64,000 bases of DNA from Pseudomonadota bacterium. Lineage in GTDB: Bacteria; Bdellovibrionota_B; Oligoflexia; Oligoflexales; CAIYRB01. The notes beneath the pieces were generated by a model. The model was given only the letters and a program-made list of their open reading frames with translations. It searched no databases and was not told where the DNA came from. The stretch is taken from positions 1 to 64,000 of the forward strand of contig JANOTL010000192.1 of the NCBI GenBank assembly GCA_031416315.1, written 5' to 3'. Both the position numbers and the translations under genes were made by a program. Shown piece after piece: positions 60,757 to 64,000 of this stretch. How positions within the stretch are numbered: the first letter of the stretch is position 1; each line of letters starts with the position of its first letter.

Positions 60757-61314
60757 TCAGCGCGCACGCCGGTAGTGCATGGCGACCGCGCCGCTTCGGA
60801 GCGGCTTCGCCGAGACTAGCTCGAGCCTTCGCGTACTGGGCAGCCCGCTCTGGTGCAGGGTCGGGCCGTGGCCGGCAATCCTGGGGTGGATGAGGAACTT
60901 GTACTCGTCGATCAGATCCATCCGGTCCAGCTCGGTCGCGAGCTTGCCGCTGCCGAGGAGCACGCCGGCCGGGGTCGCGTCCTTGAGCTTCTGCACGCCC
61001 GTGCGCAGGTCGCCGGCGATGTGGTAGCTGTTGGCCCACGTGAAGTCCTTGCGCGTCGATGACACCACGTACTTCGGCTTGGCCTCCAGCTTGACCGCCC
61101 ACTCGCGCATCGCCGCCGGCGCCTCCTCGTCGCCACGGGCGACCGCCGGCCAGTAGTTCTCCATCATCTCGTAGGTGACGCGGCCCCACAGCATCGCCCC
61201 GCCCTCGTCCATCAAGCGGGTGAAGAAGGCGTGGGTCTCGTCGTCGGCGATTCCCTCCTGGTGGTCGACGCAGCCGTCCAGGGTGACATTGATGCTGAAG
61301 GTCAAGAGTCCCAT
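60757..61314 (-). CDS. Dihydrofolate reductase/RibD C-terminal family protein
   Basis: VTLDG, GRVTYE, KYVVSST, GSGKL..LIDE. Confidence 0.9.
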   Translation of the reverse strand: MGLLTFSINVTLDGCVDHQEGIADDETHAFFTRLMDEGGAMLWGRVTYEMMENYWPAVARGDEEAPAAMREWAVKLEAKPKYVVSSTRKDFTWANSYHIAGDLRTGVQKLKDATPAGVLLGSGKLATELDRMDLIDEYKFLIHPRIAGHGPTLHQSGLPSTRRLELVSAKPLRSGAVAMHYRRAR

Positions 61315-61473
61315 GCGGCGAGTCTAAGCCATACAATCCAGAGGAACAACAAGGTCGGTTTTTCCACCCTCCAGTGAGTGTGCTTGCAAGCGCGACGAGG
61401 CTCGAATGGCAGCATTTGACAGATGCACACCAAAGCGTAAAAGCAATACAACAATTACCTAAAGGAGAACGTC

Positions 61474-61839
61474 ATGGCTAAGTACGTCGACGGCTTCGTC
61501 ATTCCGATTAAGAAGGTCAACCTCAAAACGTACAAAAAGTTCGCCACGCTCGGCCGGAAGGTCTGGCTCGAGTACGGCGCACTGGACTACTACGAGTGCG
61601 TCGGCGACGACTTGCAGGAGAAGTGGGGCCTGCCCTTCAAGAAACTCTGCAAGCTCAAGGCCGGCGAGACCGTGGTCTTTGCCTTCATCGTCTACAAGTC
61701 AAAGGTCGACCGTAACCGCATCAACAAGCTCGTGATGGCCGATCCACGCATGCATCCGGCGGATCCCAAGAAGGTGAAGATGCCGTTCGACATGAAGCGG
61801 TTCTCGATGGGCGGGTTCAAAGTCTTGATCTCGACCTGA
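61474..61839 (+). CDS. DUF1428 protein
   Basis: YVDGFV, GALDYYECVGDD, MPFDMKR..GGF. Confidence 0.9.
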   Translation: MAKYVDGFVIPIKKVNLKTYKKFATLGRKVWLEYGALDYYECVGDDLQEKWGLPFKKLCKLKAGETVVFAFIVYKSKVDRNRINKLVMADPRMHPADPKKVKMPFDMKRFSMGGFKVLIST

Positions 61840-61954
61840 CTGCGAGGGGGCTTAGTGTTAGTCACTGCGTTGAGCTTCCGTTGCGTTGGAGGACGGGCTC
61901 CCTCCTTGAGCACCCAAAAGCATCGGTCGACGAATGGGAAGCAAAGGGCTGAGA

Positions 61955-62881
61955 ATGCGGAAGGTACGCGGCACCGTTCAAACTCGGTCCGACCTCGTGG
62001 AGATCCCAGGGATCGGACGAACCTTCGCTCGCGATTTCGCACGCATCGGCATTCGCGAGACGCGCCAGCTGATGGGCAAGAATCCGACAAAGCTTTTCAC
62101 GAAGCTCGTGAAAGTGAATGAGGCCGTTGGCCACGCGACGAGCAAGAACTACCTCTACGTCCTGCGGATGGCCGTTTATTATGCGGACGGCGGACGCGAG
62201 CCATCTAAGCTCAAATGGGCGGCGTGGAAAGACGGGCCCGCTAACCTGCAGCGCTTCGAGCCGAAGACGCGCTCATCGCTGCGTTCCTGGCTCCAGAAGA
62301 ATCACACGAATGTCCCTGGAGTCTGGTTGGTCCTCCGCAAAAAGGGCGTAATCCCGCCCCCGATCCCGCTCGAGGACGTGTTGGAGGAGATGGTTGCGCA
62401 CGGCTGGGTCGACAGCCGACCGGCGAAGCTTGATGCGACGCGCTCCCTGCTGCTCTGCACGCCGCGGAAGCCGACGAGCGCATGGTCGGCGCTGAACAAG
62501 CGCCGCGCAGGACGCATGACGAATGCTGGACTCATGTCCGAAGCCGGGCGTCGCGCTATATCGGTCGCCAAGAAGAACGGGCGTTGGAATGCTCTCGATG
62601 CGGTACAGCGCCTCGAGGTTCCGGATGATCTCGCGCGTGCCCTTCACGCTCAGAATGGGGCTACCGCCGAGTTCGAGGCGTTTCCGCCCTCCGTGAAACG
62701 CGGGATCCTGGAGTGGATAAGCCAGGCAAGGACGGCCTCAACTCGGGCGAAGCGCATTGCCGAGACCGCCACAAAGGCCGCGCGCGGCGAACGCGCGAAC
62801 CAGTGGCCTCGGCAAAAGTTGAGAAGCGAAGTTTTCGATTGTGACGTTCACGACAAGGCGATTGTCGTCACCTTGTTCTAG
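61955..62881 (+). CDS. Cdd1-like HhH domain fused to YdeI/OmpD-associated domain
   Basis: DLVEIPGIG..LYVLRMAVYYA..KWAAWKD, then LRSWLQKNH..GWVDS..PRKPTSAWS..NK..VPDDL..TRAKRI. Confidence 0.8.
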   Translation: MRKVRGTVQTRSDLVEIPGIGRTFARDFARIGIRETRQLMGKNPTKLFTKLVKVNEAVGHATSKNYLYVLRMAVYYADGGREPSKLKWAAWKDGPANLQRFEPKTRSSLRSWLQKNHTNVPGVWLVLRKKGVIPPPIPLEDVLEEMVAHGWVDSRPAKLDATRSLLLCTPRKPTSAWSALNKRRAGRMTNAGLMSEAGRRAISVAKKNGRWNALDAVQRLEVPDDLARALHAQNGATAEFEAFPPSVKRGILEWISQARTASTRAKRIAETATKAARGERANQWPRQKLRSEVFDCDVHDKAIVVTLF

Positions 62882-62917
62882 CTCTCGCCTCTTCACGAGA
62901 AAAACGAGACTTCAAGC

Positions 62918-63532
62918 ATGATCCACAAAATGGCATTTCTCCTCCTTCTCGCAACCTCGTCGGCGCTGGCGACGGCTGATGGCCCCGACTGTTGGCGCGT
63001 TCGGGACGTTCCCTCCAATGACACGTTGCGCCTGCGCGCTGAGCCGTCCGCAAAAGCGACGGAGATGGCCAAGATCCCTCACGACAGCCGCTGCTTGAAA
63101 TCGACCGCGGAGCATCGCGACGCGAAAGGAGTCGTCACGTGGCGCAAGATCAACTTTGAAGGCCAGGTCGGCTGGGTAGCCCAACGCTACCTATCCGAAG
63201 ACGCTACGCCCTCCGCTCTTGCGCGTCATCCCAACGCAAAGGACATTCTCGCCGGCTTCGCGAAAGGACGACTGAACGTCTTCGACAAGAAGATCGACGC
63301 AAAGCCGTGGTGCAACGACGATACGATCGCGAATCCAGACATGGCGGAAGTCTATATTCTCGGCGACGCCGTGATCTTGCTCTGCCCCGGCGCCCTCGAC
63401 GGCGAGGTGAACATCGTCACGAAATTCGCGAAAGGCGCCCAGCCCAAGACGAAGAGGGTGACCCCGCTTCCCAGCTCGCACAGGATTACCGACGAGGCCT
63501 TGAGCCGTGTCGCCGCCTCGCTGGGCTCGTAA
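62918..63532 (+). CDS. Secreted protein with N-terminal bacterial SH3-like domain
   Basis: Signal peptide, VRDVPSNDTLRLRAEPS, WRKINFEGQVGWVAQRYL. Confidence 0.8.
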   Translation: MIHKMAFLLLLATSSALATADGPDCWRVRDVPSNDTLRLRAEPSAKATEMAKIPHDSRCLKSTAEHRDAKGVVTWRKINFEGQVGWVAQRYLSEDATPSALARHPNAKDILAGFAKGRLNVFDKKIDAKPWCNDDTIANPDMAEVYILGDAVILLCPGALDGEVNIVTKFAKGAQPKTKRVTPLPSSHRITDEALSRVAASLGS

Positions 63533-64000
63533 GGTCGAGGCATGGCCCCAGCTGATCCGCAAATGTTTACTTTGAGCTGGTGGCACAGGATTCGACCCCG
63601 AAGAGACTGTCGCTGAAAGTTTTGACTGCTGCGTAATGAGGGCAGGATACTGGCGTTCGCCGGCGAGGCTCCAAGAATGACGAGAGGCGAGGATGATGTT
63701 CGACACGTCTTCAGATAGAACCCTGCTCGGCCTCAAAGCCACCTTGGACCGATGCTCGTCTTTTTCGGACGACACCGCCCCGTTCCACACCGCGGCGATG
63801 GAGATTGCCCGCGTCGACCATGCTCTCGAGTATGAGCCGCAGAAACTCATCGAGCTCTACCTCCGATCCCTCGGCGATCCATATGCGTCTTGCTTGAATG
63901 CGAATGCTCTCGACCACCATTGGCCTTCAAGCGGCGAGCCGGTCTTCGTATCCCTAGAAAGACGCCTTTCGACAGGACTTGCCCGCGAACCTCCCATTTT

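Noticed and set aside
63578..63600. Minus-strand GGGTCGAATCC...CCACCA resembling a tRNA 3' end or att site
   Set aside because: T-loop to CCA distance is about 4 nt too short, and there is no cloverleaf or integrase.
63533..64000. Possible gene at the window end
   Set aside because: No frame gives a convincing protein.

Overview
GC-rich bacterial chromosomal window of about 70 genes. Gene content suggests a Bdellovibrionota/Myxococcota-like deltaproteobacterium (inference only). I found no rRNA, tRNA, CRISPR array, transposase or integrase. Main genes: an intein-containing class II ribonucleotide reductase (nrdJ) preceded by tandem NrdR boxes and DnaA boxes, recN, a 2749-aa cyclic beta-1,2-glucan synthase, an ABC-F ATPase, dbpA, map, a radical SAM + DUF4130-UdgX repair pair and many small accessory genes. 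Most notable: (1) a candidate RGPP ribosome-arrest leader whose 3' hairpin sequesters the Shine-Dalgarno of a stand-alone SecD/SecDF P1-head-like protein; (2) a receiver domain fused to LpxC; (3) broken ung and fpg/nei genes alongside a full-length UdgX cassette; (4) a structured leader with a terminator-like hairpin before an RRM gene. All product calls are from motif recognition by eye; no searches were run.
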